The notes below the pieces were generated by a model. It searched no databases and was not told where the DNA came from. It saw nothing but the letters and a program-made list of their open reading frames with translations. A stretch of DNA of 64,000 nucleotides from assembly GCA_030704615.1 (NCBI GenBank), contig CM060732.1, forward strand, positions 31,868,001 through 31,932,000, given 5' to 3'. The position numbers and the translations under genes were made by a program. Of this stretch, positions 28,113 through 41,189 are shown piece after piece. This stretch comes from Takakia lepidozioides (lineage: Eukaryota > Plantae > Bryophyta). Numbering within the stretch: the first letter of the stretch is position 1; each line of letters begins with the position of its first letter.

Positions 28113-28655
28113 TTATATCTGCAACTTGTCAATATTGGTTTCATCTTGGGGCTCATCCTCCAAAAAATGTTCAACTGAATATCCTTTGTTCACTATCTTG
28201 AATATCTCTCCCCATGTTGGTTGGATGTGTGGGTCCATCCCTTTTATTACCATTGCCAAATCCCAAGGGGTGTAACCAAATGCCCAAGAATTGAGCTTTG
28301 TAGAAGAAGGACATAGAAACTCCATAATTTTAGGCCAGAATTTCAATGGTATTTTTGCAGTAATTAGTTGTTGGTTGGTTAGTGCACTTAGACAATGGCT
28401 CCAACTTTGCTTTGGTGTGGGAGCAGGTAAATAGTTCACATCCAATATTTTCGTTCTTATATCCTTAACAAGCTCTCTCAATACCAACTTGTTCCTCTTA
28501 ATACGCTCTTCTTGCGCTTCTTTTTCCAAAATTGTAATCCTTTTTTCAAGCTCCCCATATTTCTTTTCCAATGCTGTGTAATTTGCGGCTTCTATAGCTT
28601 CCTTCACTTCAGTAATACTGATGGTTGGCTTGAGTATCTTTGACACTATTAACAC
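28113..28655 (-). CDS. Orphan coiled-coil + helical domain ORF (family member 3); true start or upstream exon uncertain
   Basis: 180-codon open frame in very AT-rich DNA. Heptad region LEKKYGELEKRITILEKE, then RELVKDIRTKIL..QSWSHCL..NSWAFGYTPWDLAMVI..WGEIFKIV. Confidence 0.5.
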   Translation of the reverse strand: MLIVSKILKPTISITEVKEAIEAANYTALEKKYGELEKRITILEKEAQEERIKRNKLVLRELVKDIRTKILDVNYLPAPTPKQSWSHCLSALTNQQLITAKIPLKFWPKIMEFLCPSSTKLNSWAFGYTPWDLAMVIKGMDPHIQPTWGEIFKIVNKGYSVEHFLEDEPQDETNIDKLQI

Positions 28656-30669
28656 TACGATTGATAATCTGAGGTTGATATACTTTTCTTATGACTTTCT
28701 CTAAAATAAATACAAATATTGACAATCTGCAAGAACAACAACAATGACAATATGTGATTTATGTTAGATTTTGATTAAGAAATAGAAATTAAATTAGATA
28801 CTACATATATTTTACTTTTTTTGAACTTGGTCGGTTTGGATTGTATAGCTGCAAGCTCCTTATGTTTTTTCTTAAAACAAATATAAAAAATACGAATATA
28901 TATTCACTAAATGACAATGCATTTCGAAGCTTACAACACAACGTGAGTGGTATCATACATGATGAACATCTCCTAACAATTTGTTATAACTTTTGGATTA
29001 GATCAAACATGTGCATAACTAAGTTATTCTTGTAACATACCATCCATTGAATTTTTTTGAATGATAAGTAGTACTCATGACTGGCATCTAATTGTCAAAT
29101 ACTTTTCTGGTTTTCTCAAATAAATATGTTACAGATCATTAGTAGTGCAGCTGAATCCATTCAACATTAATTTGTAGGCCTGTTTAGATAGATAATAGTG
29201 TTTTGGAGTGTGCATCAACTTTCTCAAGTAGAATAGTAATTATTTTCGCTTCATCATCAGTACATGCTCATACTTTCAACCAACCATCTCTAGCAACATT
29301 TTTTTATCTCAACTAAAGAGGCCCCATGATTTTATGTGGCTATAAAGTTATGGAGGAAAAATAAAAAGGACATGGTCTTTCCAAATGTCGGTCACTACAG
29401 AAAGGTATTGTGATATCATCAAGTAGTGAATAAACATGTTTATTTAGATAAAATTTGGACCTCTTCATTGACAAAATTTATAATTTATATACAAATGAAA
29501 AGAAATTTAATTTGTTTGCCTGAGTAAAAAGATCTTAGCAAAGGTGTTATTCAAAATCTTTTTGACAATAGTTTATATAATGACTTGTATGTGAAATCAA
29601 TAAGATGTCATTTTTTTTTTGGTATTAGAATGACCTTATACTAGAAATCTCAGCGTTTTGAACTCAATAAACACAAAGAATATATAAATACATTGGCTCT
29701 AGGACAAAATACACTAAAAATGAAGTAAATGGAATGAGAAGAGAGACAAGAAACAAGAGAATGAACAATCCTGCATTGAACTGTCCTATCTATACGTTGG
29801 ACAAATTGTAAAACATGTACATCATATACCTTTCATGTGAGGACTCATTAAGTAATGTTCATGGTGAAAGTTGTATTTGCTTCTGCTTTCTCAACTCCTT
29901 GTCATTCATCTTATTCTCCATTCCATAGACAAATTCATAAGGTGCTGAACCATTGCAAATCTCCATAATGCAAACTTTGTATATCCTTTGCTGCGGCTAA
30001 TAATTCAACAGATAATGTTTTTCTTCTCTCAAAATAGATAAAAATTCCCAGATCATTATTCGTAAAATTACAAATATCTTGAATTAAAAAATTATACAAG
30101 TTAAATTCGTAGGGCGGTATAGAATGCTTTTTAAGAGCCAATGGTATTTGCTGTCATCTTGTTGGAGTAAGTTGGAGGTTGTTAAGGGACCTTTGAAAAT
30201 CTGAAATTTCGATATTAGATCATCTCATATTTATTATGTCTCCACTCCTAAAGGGACTCTCACGTCTCATACATATGTTGCTTGGTTGCTGTTGTTTAAC
30301 CAATTACTAACAAAGTTTTATAATTGCTGACATAACCATAGGATGTAAACGCAAACCTAATTGGGCCCTATCTACTGAAATTTGTTTGACGATCCACCTG
30401 GTGGTAATAATAAGTAAAATTCTGGATAATTTCTTGGCGATTTCTTGCATTAGTATTGTTCTGAATTCAATTTGCCTGTACAATTTCGGAAGGTAAATGG
30501 TCTAGGTGATTTATTGTCATGAAAAACAGATGAAGCTTATTTTCATCCGTAGCTCACATCCACGAAAAATTAGCAGTAGCGAGACAGTAAACAAGTCGTC
30601 GGCAGGCCACGCAATAACCAATGAACAACCGCCAGCTGGCTTTTCCGTTTCTGACGCTTTGATTTCTGG

Positions 30670-30740
30670 CGGACGGGCCCATGGGGCGGCCGGCCCACGC
30701 TGCCACGTGGGGCCCAGGTTTCCTACCACGTGGCTAAACC
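30670..30740. promoter_or_regulatory. GC-rich cluster of two G-boxes plus GGGCCC sites upstream of the SPL gene
   Basis: GCCACGTGG at 30702-30710, CCACGTGGC at 30726-30734, GGGCCC twice. Confidence 0.35.
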
Positions 30741-32859
30741 CGGTGGTGGAGCCGCTGCCCCTCCACACTGCCCGCACTAGTTAACATTCATCCATCCACC
30801 GCAACCATTACAATATACCCGCATTACCAATTCTGTGGTCCTCCTTCGAAAAGCCTCGCAATGTGTGTCATCACGAACTTGTCATGTCGCATGCGTCCCA
30901 CGCACTATGGAAACTAGGAATTAATATCTGCAAGAGGAGCCTTTGCGCACGACTCTCAAATCCTCTGTAAGAATTGTACCCCTTGCGAAGCCCGCTGAAA
31001 AATTTCAATTGCCCACCCTCGGAACACTAAAATGCTTCAAGTTGGGGGCCGTAGTCCAGAATACAGCAACGGAATTGCGCAACTGGGAAATTCCTTCGGG
31101 AAGAAAAAAAAGAAGAAAAAGAAAAAAGAACTAAAGAAATTGGTTATAAAAAGTTGTTTTTCTCTTTTTTTATTGAAAAAATCCCAAGGCACGACTACAA
31201 ATCTAGTGAGCAGATGGATGTCCCCTTAATCATCAGCCGCTTTATACTTACGCACTAATCGACATTATCCTTAGCTGCCACCTGTCCCTATCTCGGTCGT
31301 GACACCGTTGGATGGATGGATGGAGAACATCCAACTGGGTTTTGATGAGGAAAGACAGGCATAAAAGTGGGGAGGTGCACCCCTGGGTTTTCACATTTTA
31401 TTACTCAAAAACAAAAAAGTTCTGAAATTAAGATTGTTTTTAGTGAACTTGCAAAAATACGTGGAAATTAGCGAAGGGTGGCGGAACGTGGATGGATCCC
31501 GGCAGCGAGGGCGGCGGGGCTGCGAGACCTAACGCCTAGGCACCTACTCATAGGAACCTACACCGGCACGCCTACACCTAAAGCCAACCAACCCTAGCCT
31601 AACGCCCACTCTTTATTACCTCCCCAGTCAGCATTTGACCGTGGTTAAGTCCCCGGCCGGTGTGGTCAATTTCCGGGATGTTTTGTCGCTTTCGTGCCGG
31701 CGGATAACTCGCCGGTTCTGCCAGTATTCCCGACCGTCCATATCCGTCCTTCGGACCGGTCCTGAACATTCCTTTTCGGGCATATCATCCATGCCATCAC
31801 ATCCCATGTCAGGGGAATGTGATGCCATCCATCGGCCGTGGATGACGGCTCATTGAATGGAAATGGCTATACTATATTACGTCAATAGAATAAATTAATG
31901 CGCAACCGTAGGATGCGTGTGACGGAATGGACGGTTTCACGCCATCCAATTGTGGATAATGAACAGTGGAGATCTGGTGGGGTCCTCGCGTGGATGACGA
32001 CTGTTTGTTTTCCGTTGCTGCCACGAGGATCCGACGTCAAACTCGTGCCTCCCATCCAATCCCTTCGTTCCCCCACAACAACTTGTACTCATTTCTTCGC
32101 AGCTCCGTTGCACCATCCCGCCAGCCCTTGTTTTCAATACAACCGGCTTCTTTCCGCGTTAAAAACGTCGGTAAAGAACTCACATCCGTTTGATTATTAT
32201 TATTCTTGTCTTACTCAGGAGACTAGGCTCTGTATTTTCTCGGATAACTTAGTGCAATCCGGAAGTGACACATACCTGAGGCTTGCTTCGGCAGGAATCT
32301 ACCCCTTTTTGGGAGTCGAGCACTGAAGTGGATGGATGGTGATGGGTTCATCCGTCGACACCTAATCTCACACCCGGAGGCTACGGCCATACGTGGAGGA
32401 AACGGGTTGGCTGGTGTTGGAATACTTGTTCCAAGGACGAATATGAATGTTTCCTGCGGCTCTCGGTTGGGTCAGTCTATATATAAACATGAAAAGTAAA
32501 TAATGGGGATGATCGTCATCCAGTCCCAAGATCTGGCGTCTATTTGTAGAGAGGGAGAGACGAATAATAAGTTAATAAAAGGGGGGGGGTGGAAGCGGGC
32601 GAGCAGACAGGGCAGCGCGGCGCGTGCGAGGGTGGCGGGAATCTGGAAGGGATGAGCGGTGCAGGGCGGGACTGTGACGTGAGCGCGCTGGTTCGAACTC
32701 GAGGCCGCGGCGGTGGGAGGCGTTGAATGGGCGAAAAGCGGAGCAATAAATAGAATTAGTGAAATTCAGACAGGAATTTGGTGTTGGTGGATGAGCGGCC
32801 AATAAGCGGCGGGTGATGGCCCGGCAAGGCCGCGGGTGGCCCCGCCATCCGACAGCCTC

Positions 32860-35800
32860 TGCGCCACTCTATAGCCCTAGGCGCCTACGTCTGCCGCGCC
32901 TCAGTCGCTAGCCCCCGCTTTGCTGCTCCGTGTCTGCAGCGGATGAGCGAGACAAGTATCTGGTGTGGCGTGGGAGGATTGAGGGAGGAGGAGGGAAGGT
33001 CGGAAGGGAAGGGAAGGGAAGGGAAGGGAGGAGGTGTAGAGGTCGATGCTGAGTTTAGCTGAGAGATTTCTGATTCCCGGTCTGTGTGGGAAGTGGAAGA
33101 TACATGTAGCTGGAGTGTGGAGGAGGAGACGTCGCCATTGTGGTGGCTGTGGTGAATGTATGTACTAGAAGCTAAGCGGCTGTTATGTACACAGAATGTC
33201 CACAGAAAGAAGGCTATGTTGCGTTGCAGTTGCAGACAGGTGCACGGTAGCAGGCCGGGGTTGAGATAAAGAGAGCTGTGGGAACAGATACAGGAGGAAA
33301 AAGGTGTCCAGAGAGAAAGAGAGGAGTTTGTGAGGTTAGGCGAAGAGAGTGTTAGGATGGCTTGAGAAGGGAGGTTGTGTTCCTTCCGCAATGGACGTGC
33401 GGAGTAAACGGCTGGGACGGCTGAGACCCCGAGCGTGGGAGAGACTGGAACTCATTGTTGTGCAGCTTTGGAGAATGTAGAGTGGTGACCGATAGGAGTG
33501 ACAATTCACAGTGCTTGGGAGTTCAAGGCGTAAATCCGAAGACAATTCTTAGCAGTATACGTTTCTACTAGACCGATCTGCTAGAGATGAGTGACAAGTG
33601 ACTTCATTCCTGACAAAACGAGGCTGCCAATCGAGCACTACTAGCCTATTAAATGCAGGAGGCGAGAGCTCAGACGAAGGGGTTGGTAGTCAGGTGTTGC
33701 AACAACGTAAGGACAGCTCCAAGGTCCTAGGGATGAGTATAAATACGTTTCTGCTAGAGGACCAGGAGTCCATGAAGGCGGACAACAAGTTTCTATCGTC
33801 GCATTCTCCCATTACATGAGCGTAAGTATTCCGCCACCACACCGGCTCACTTCATAAATCCGTAAAGCCCTTTCGGGCATTACATGCGTTCATTTTTCAA
33901 TCGCATAATTGCTTCAAGCTCTACTGAAAGTGGTGGCGCAGCTTCGGTAGAGCTGTTGCCTTACCACCGGTGTTTTTAGTGCGTTCAAGAAAGACACGCA
34001 CTCATAGCCTGCCTTGCAAACTTGGCCCACAGCTTTCTAAGGTTTCCAATTGGTAGGGATTAAACGTAGCCCAGAGATCTCTCTAGCGGACATCACCGAG
34101 ACCGAGTGTCTTGGGAGCATAGTGCAACTAGTGCCGTTCTTCACTATTCGTTATGAAGGTCTGTGGGGCCGCTTTTCTTGAACATCCTGTAACTGGTATT
34201 CATCGCGATCTTCACAAGCACTGATGGAATCCCTTGAACATCAAGCTGGTATCAAACCAAGCTTGTTGACCATCATACATTGATCTGTATGAATCAAAGT
34301 TATCATTACAGAGAGAGGATTCGACAGAAACGCCAAGTTTGAACTCAGACCTAGTATTTAACCACAGGAACTCACGCAAGCTACTCTTTCTCGCTCCTCG
34401 ATGCTACACACTGGACCATGCCACTGGTCAATCGTGTCACTTGAAAAACTAGTTCAGGCCCCGCTGTGAAGGGGAACTCGATACAGCGAACTCAGGAGCA
34501 TTTCCATGAGACGTTTCTGCAATACGTACCCGCAGAAGTCGTTTCCAGTGGGCTTCGCAAGTTGGAATTGTATTGCGATAGAACTCGACCCGTGTCTTCT
34601 AGTGGCAGCTGAGTTGGTATTGGGGCTATGCAAGCTTGGCCGACGGGCTGGTAGGATCTGAGACTGGACCGCGCACAGTAATTTTTGGAATGTACCTGAT
34701 ATTCCACTGAAGTCCTTACTTGTCTAGCAAGGGGAGTACGCAGACAGGCAAACACTGGATGATGGTTATGTTTCTCAGCTTGCTGGAAAAATGGCAACAA
34801 TGACCTGTAGGTGGTTTGTTTCAGTCCCAAGAAAATGAAGCCTGATCCTGTAGCTGCTCTGTAGCAGTTGAAGCTTTGGGATGAGAAAATGACCATTCTG
34901 AGTTGGCTTGTCCAGATACACAGAATCATCTCAAGTTTGGAATTTCCTGGCAAGCTGATATAGCTGTGTTTTAAAGTTGTCTCTAGTGAGGGGACGCGGG
35001 ACTTATGATTGGGGGGATGTTGGGAGTGGGTGTTTCAGTTTGGCCTGAAGTTGTCATGTTGGAGTTTAAAGGGAGCTCCCTTCGGCCAAAGGAGGTTGGT
35101 CAGTGAGCTCAAGAGGGTCTCCTCTTCTGTAAACCAAGAAGGTTCCCTTGACTCATGTGCGTGAAGGGAAGCAGGTGAACAGGTCGATGTGCAGCAACAC
35201 AGATTTCTGCCTTAGCCAAATAAGCAAGTCCTTTCTGGTGGTTGGCCACCTCTTTCTTCTGCATTTGCTTATACTTCTGTCCCTTCCATCCCATCCACAA
35301 CAACCCCATCCTATTCCCTCCTCGTTCTTTGAAGGCCACGGACAGATCTATGGGGAGCAAAACTTCAGGGAAACTGCGCGGCCCATTAGTTGCCACTGAT
35401 TCCAATTTTTGAGCAGGAAAGCGATGGAAAACGGGGAGCCCATTGCTGGCATAACATCAACACTGCAAAACCAGGAGTCTCGCAAATCTCCATGCTACTT
35501 GTGATTGTGGCTTGGAAAGCTGCTTTCATCTGGTCGAATATCTGCATAAGCAACCAGGTTTCTGGCAAAAAGGGTTGTTGGGGGCATTGTTGATTTCGGG
35601 GAGTGCAAGGTGCAAAGTCGTTTTTAAGTGCTTCAGGTTTGTACAAAGCCAAGTAGCTGTTGCTACCTTGCACCTTGGTTCCACCATTTTGAGGTGGAAA
35701 CTGGTGGAAAGTCTAATGGTGGTTCACAACCCAGCTTTCAACTCAGCACACTGCCCGAGTCCAAGTTTGTCACCATATATCTGACACCGCTCCTCCGTCC

Positions 35801-36234
35801 AGCCAATGGTTCTGATTGTTGAAAGATAAGTTCTTCCTTTAAGACCAAGTCCTCACAAGTCCTCCTGACTTGGTGCAGCATTGTGGCGATACAGGTCAAG
35901 GGAGCTCCAGCTCTACTTCTTGTCTCATCGTTGAATACTTCCAACTGATCACTTGCCTCTACTGTCATTTCGGCGTCAAGGGTACTTATGCTCAGGTGCT
36001 GGTCCTGGGAGTCTTAGTGCGAGATACCACATTCATTTAATTGGTGCAGGAATATGAGCTCTATCAGCTACTGAACTCCAGACTTTTCTGATTGTATCCG
36101 AGTGTGCATCCCAGTCTTACTTTTTCTGCTGGAGATTAGCTGTAGATTCTAGCAGCAAACACAGAAGATTTTCCTTCTGGAGTTTTCCTATTACCACTTA
36201 CTTTGACCCGAGATCCCTTTGTCTGGTGTATGGG
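32860..36234 (+). other. Probable core promoter and very long 5' leader of the SPL gene, with a possible leader intron ~33822-34810
   Basis: GC-rich promoter 32590-32940 with a CTATAG TATA-like element ~32870, then a GA-rich tract ~32980-33350. Donor GTAAGT ~33822 and acceptor CTGTAG ~34810. No credible long ORF. Confidence 0.45.
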
Positions 36235-39200
36235 ATGAACCCGTCTGAAAACACCAACGATCAGCAAGGTGACCCAAACTGGGCAACAGAGAACTGGGAC
36301 AACCCAGGTGCAGTTGGTGGCCTTGACCAGACCTCAAGGCCGTACTCATCCAACCGGTTAGAGTGGGAGTGGGATCCAATGATTTTGGCACAGCATCCTG
36401 GGGGTGGGGGTTCAAACGAGGGCACTGATGGAGACCGCAAGAGCCAAATGACTGCAGGTAAGATCCAGATGTGGTATCTCCTAATATGTAAACATATACT
36501 TGTATTGTATTTGCGACATATGGAGAAATTTATCTTCAGATGCGAATCTTTGTCGGCAGAATTTGAATATGCACATGCATGCATTGTGTACCGGTCAATA
36601 TCACTGGAACACTGACAGATATGCTCCAGAATTGGCAGATTATCTGTCGGACATCCAGAATATGCATGTACATGCTTGGGATGATTGGGATGATTGTAGC
36701 AAATACAAAATGTCGTTGAAGTCTTTTGTAGTCACATTCAGGCTGTGGGATATTTTGGGGAACTACAACTCTTGAGGCAAAAGCCTCCATAGAAATGTTG
36801 CAGCACTTCAACGGCATTGTTTTACCCTACCTGCTCACTTTACGCCTATCAAGTCCTTAGTACAGTTGAGAGTCTTCTCCAGATGTTATGGCAAGTAGAT
36901 GCCAGCCAGCTTGTTCAGATCTCCTACACATTCTATTTTTTTCCTTCAGCAATATAGCCATGGAGGATTGTTCCACAAGAAATTTAGCAGAGAAAGTAAC
37001 TGAATTGGAAGTTTATCTAAATAAGCTGAAGTTGGGTGATTCTAAAGATTTTCAAAGGTGATCCCGCAGTCTATTAACAGTACTACCAGTTGAGGAGCTG
37101 CAAAAACATGTGTACCTAGAAATCTACAGTGCTATGCCATATTCATCAATCGTGGTTTCTCCTGTGAATGCATGATCAATCACCCAGGCACAATGTCAAG
37201 CCTTCGAGCCTACAACAACATGCTAGTGGCAGGCCTGCCCTCCAACTTCATCCACAATCCTATGGGGATCTTTAGTAGTTCTGGAATTCGGAGCTTTGGA
37301 GCGATGGAGAGCTCTGGTAATAATCCAACAACAGCTGCCCTTCACAATGTACTTGGCTCATCCGGCATCCCAGGAATAGCAGCTTCGGGTGGGGCAGGAG
37401 GGCATGGTGAGATGCGAAGCTCATATGATCAGCGGCGCCGTGAGTTCTTTGCTGCCAGCATGCATGACCAGCATGTGGTGAAAAGAGAGGAGGTAAGAGT
37501 AGAGACCGAAAATATATTCAATTCAGGTGTATAAATGATCTGGCTATGGACTACTATATGTTTGAAGTCAGAAATCTCAAGTCTCCATGACTTCACATGC
37601 AGTTTTACCTTGATTGCAGTGTAGTTACAAGAAATTAGTCAGTTTTGAGCCATTTGACATTATTGCGGCTGTCAAGGATCTCAAAGACTAATCCCCAAGG
37701 TCGACATAGCAAATGATCGACATCTGGAGTGTAGAGAGAGACGACTTTGGCTGAGTGTAAATCTGGAGTACTCCTTTCTATCAGGGGTGTGCCAAGTCTT
37801 GGTCTCTGGTACCAGTTCCCATGTACCCTGTTAAACTTCAGGACATACTATGGCTATTATTTATGCCCAAATATATGTTAATAATGATTTTGTGCACCTT
37901 GGGCAACAACTAAAGTCTGACTGGTTAGTTGTTCAGTTCCATTCTGCAGCTAATCCGATGTGCAAATGACAGAGGTTATGTTAGCAGTCTCACATTATTC
38001 TTGTTCTGTGATGCACCTTTATACTCACTACTCAAGTAATACAGACTGCACTGCACCTGAGAGCTTAAAAAGACTCTCAGAGGATTTCAAATAGCCTGGC
38101 TCAAACTTGATCTCACTCTCAGCTTGTTTGAGTAGACCGAGCTCTTACACTATTCAATGGGTGTCATTCAAAGTAATTTGATGAATTATCTTCTGACACT
38201 GAATGCACTCCATGGCTGCTAGGTATGCGATGGCCATGGTGCTCGCATAGGGCTCAACCTTGGAGTGCGGACTTACTTCTCGACAGAGGACACTGCTGCA
38301 GGGCGGCTAGGAAAGAGACTCCGAGCAAATTCTCCTGGTTCACAGACTCCAATGTGCCAGGCCGAGGGCTGCAAGGCTGATCTCAGCACAGCCAAGCATT
38401 ACCATCGGCGCCACAAAGTGTGTGAGCTTCACTCAAAGGCCCCAGATGTCATAGCTGGTGGCCACACACAGCGGTTTTGCCAGCAATGCAGTAGGTGTGT
38501 TTCCGCAACCAAGTGATGCCCAAGATTATATCACTTTTGAGCTCCTGAGCTGATGGAAGCGACCAGATAATTGGCTAAAAGAGTCTAGCACTGTTTGAAA
38601 TCTCAATGTCATGTTGGTGCTTTGGATGTATGCAATGTTTGCGACATCTTGTAACTTATATCACCCAGTCACTTGTTATGCGGAGGGTATGCAAACTTCA
38701 GATCTATTTTAGTCCACATTATACTTTTTTATTTCCATAGATGTTGGCGATTATTTGAGGAGCTTCCAGCAGTTCAGCCTTTTGCTGTTCATGTAATTAA
38801 ATATGTCATGAGCTGCTGTAAAATGTTTGAGTTTTCAACAGACTAACCTAGTAGTATGTTGTTCCCGTTTCTCAACAGATTTCACCTACTGGCTGAGTTT
38901 GATGAGGGAAAGCGGAGCTGTAGAAAGCGTCTGGCAGACCACAACAGGCGCCGCCGCAAGCCACAGCCCAGTGTTTCAACTGGTTGCACAATGGCCGAGT
39001 CCATTGCGAAGGGTGGTGATGATGGTGACCTCTCGGGTAGTAACCGTGCAAGTGGTGAGCAGCCTAGTACTCTGAAAGCTTTCCCACCAGTTTTTATTGT
39101 GAAATTGAATGACACTATCCTTGCTCATTCATTATCTTGGTATTAAGGCTCTAACTAAACATGAAAGCACTGCACTCCGTGGCTTACACTTTTTGAGTGG

Positions 39201-41037
39201 GAGGAGCAGATCCAAAGTCGATGCTCATGCACCTGAAAAAGTCTGGATCTCCTAGTTCTGCGTCACTCGAAGACTCCGATGAGAAACCTGGGTCTGCTGG
39301 GAACAACCTTCAGCTCCGCACATCCGGTGCTACATATGGAAGGACTCATGTCGACGACCAGCATATAACCCACAATGGGAGGCAGATGAGTTCCCAGCCC
39401 ATGACAGGTTCCAATGTACAAGCATTGCTCTCTGCTATATCCCTCTCGCCACCGGTCCCTCTCATGCTACAAAATGCCAAGCGCCAACTTACAATGGTGC
39501 CAGGGGGTACCAACCATGGACAGGATACCAGTGCTTACCAGCAGTACTTGCAGGTACCTAACGAGAGAAAAGGAGGGAGAGACTTGTAGTGTTGTCATGA
39601 TGCAAATACTACATGGCTCAGAAAGGACATAAGAGAAGGACAGAATTGTATTTGAGATATAAAAGCTGCAGCAAACTGGGCTCTCTCTGGTCATTCTGGC
39701 TTTGATGGTTCACTTGGTGTTAAACAGACTTCATCTTCCTCTTTCTCAGTACTGCTCGGTCATATTTCAAAGGAAAGAAACTTGCAAGCTGCTGCTGCAT
39801 TTAGACCATTCTGCTTGTACTGGACCTTATCAACCCAGAGTGCTAAATAGTGGTGGAAAGGACCTGTATCTACTGTTCTCTATTTGTTTTGAAGTTCAAG
39901 CAGACACTCAGAAAGTTGGTTGGCCTGCACATCTACTGTCAATTACAAGAATGGATGGCTGATTGCAGGGAGTTGGCGTAGGCCAGACCGGCCCTAATTT
40001 GTCCCTCTCTTCCCTAGGGGTTCAACTGGGGCTTGGAAACCAACCAGGGGCCCGTGACCCAGCACCAGGTGAGAGCTACAATGGGATGGAGCCCCATGCC
40101 CCCTGGTTACGGCCTATGAACTCCCGAGCAGATCTTGCTCAAGGAGTCTCCAGAACAGGCCCCACAAGCCTCCAGCATCTTATGTCCACTGACTCCAAAA
40201 GTGGGAAGCACAGCGTGACTTCAGTTTCAGCAAATTCCTCCAACTCTCAGGTAAACAGTTCCCCAACAGTTCCATGTTGGATCAGTCACGAGACGACTCT
40301 GCATGAGATTGGTAATAGGTGACGCAAGTATGGAATAAATTTGGCTCAAAAGTTGAATGGGTAGATCTGTGATGGGTTTAGCCAGACTAGCCAAATGGTC
40401 CGGCTAAACACTGTTGCAAGTTTAGCCAGAGCAGTCTATGGCTATCGGAAGAATAGTTTGGACTGACTACACCCGCGAAGTGTAAGTAAATAAGTAGTCT
40501 TCTTGCTCTGTAACAATCATGCTTGCTGCAAGCTCCCCATGATGTACTCCACTTCTTTCATAAATGCTATGATCACAGGATCCTGATCGTCAGGTATTCT
40601 CGCCATCCAATCAGAACCTGCTAGCGATGCAGACATCTTCTCCTGAGAGCCCTGAATGGATGCTAGGCAGTCTGGCGGGCGGCCAAAACCCACGTGATGG
40701 GTCGACCCATTTTGGGGCTTCCTCTTCCCTGCGTGATCTGTCTGCTAGGGTGCAGTTAGAGGGGCACCAAATGCTAGCCTTACTTGAAACGTCCACAATG
40801 CGGTCTGGAGAGGGGCCCAATTCCAGTAACGGTGGTGGAACGAATCATGCACAGGGCACGCGTGGCCCCCTGGAGTTTCTGCAACAGCACAACACTGGGA
40901 CGGAGAATGGTGGGGAAGATGGTCCAATCGGTACTGGTACTGGAGGCAGGGCTGACTTGAAGACTTACATTGAGCTCCAGGCAATGAGACCCTACGGGCC
41001 ACCTTCCATCTATGACTCCCACCACAATCTATTGTAA
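36235..41037 (+). CDS. SPL8: SQUAMOSA promoter-binding-like (SBP-box) transcription factor, SPL8/MpSPL1 clade. Exons 36235-36457, 37188-37492, 38223-38494, 38879-39054, ~39198-39553, 39969-40250, 40579-41037
   Basis: Complete SBP domain [28 protein letters not shown]...RFCQQCSR|[27 protein letters not shown] with the conserved intron. SPL8-clade motifs [13 protein letters not shown] and N-terminal LEWEWD. Splice phases are compatible; the exon 5 acceptor has two in-frame options. Confidence 0.92.
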
Positions 41038-41189
41038 GCCGCAGCACACAATCCATGATTTTTTGTCTCTGGTATGCTCCCGCTTCGCCTTTGTCTCAGC
41101 ATCCTCCCCTCTCGTGGCATTGTTGAGATATTCCGTTAGTCTTACCATGAGGCACAAAAGTTAGATGACCTGTTGGTGTCAGCATTAGA

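Noticed and set aside
35030-35300. MIR319 precursor on either strand
   Set aside because: No complementary arm at the expected ~150-190 nt distance. Only partial matches exist (TGAAGGGAAGC ~35162; AAGGGAGCTCC ~35898).
39420-40020. miR156/miR529 target site in the SPL gene
   Set aside because: No GTGCTCTCTCTCTTCTGTCA-like match (ALSLLS). ALLSAI and LSLSSL are only superficially similar.
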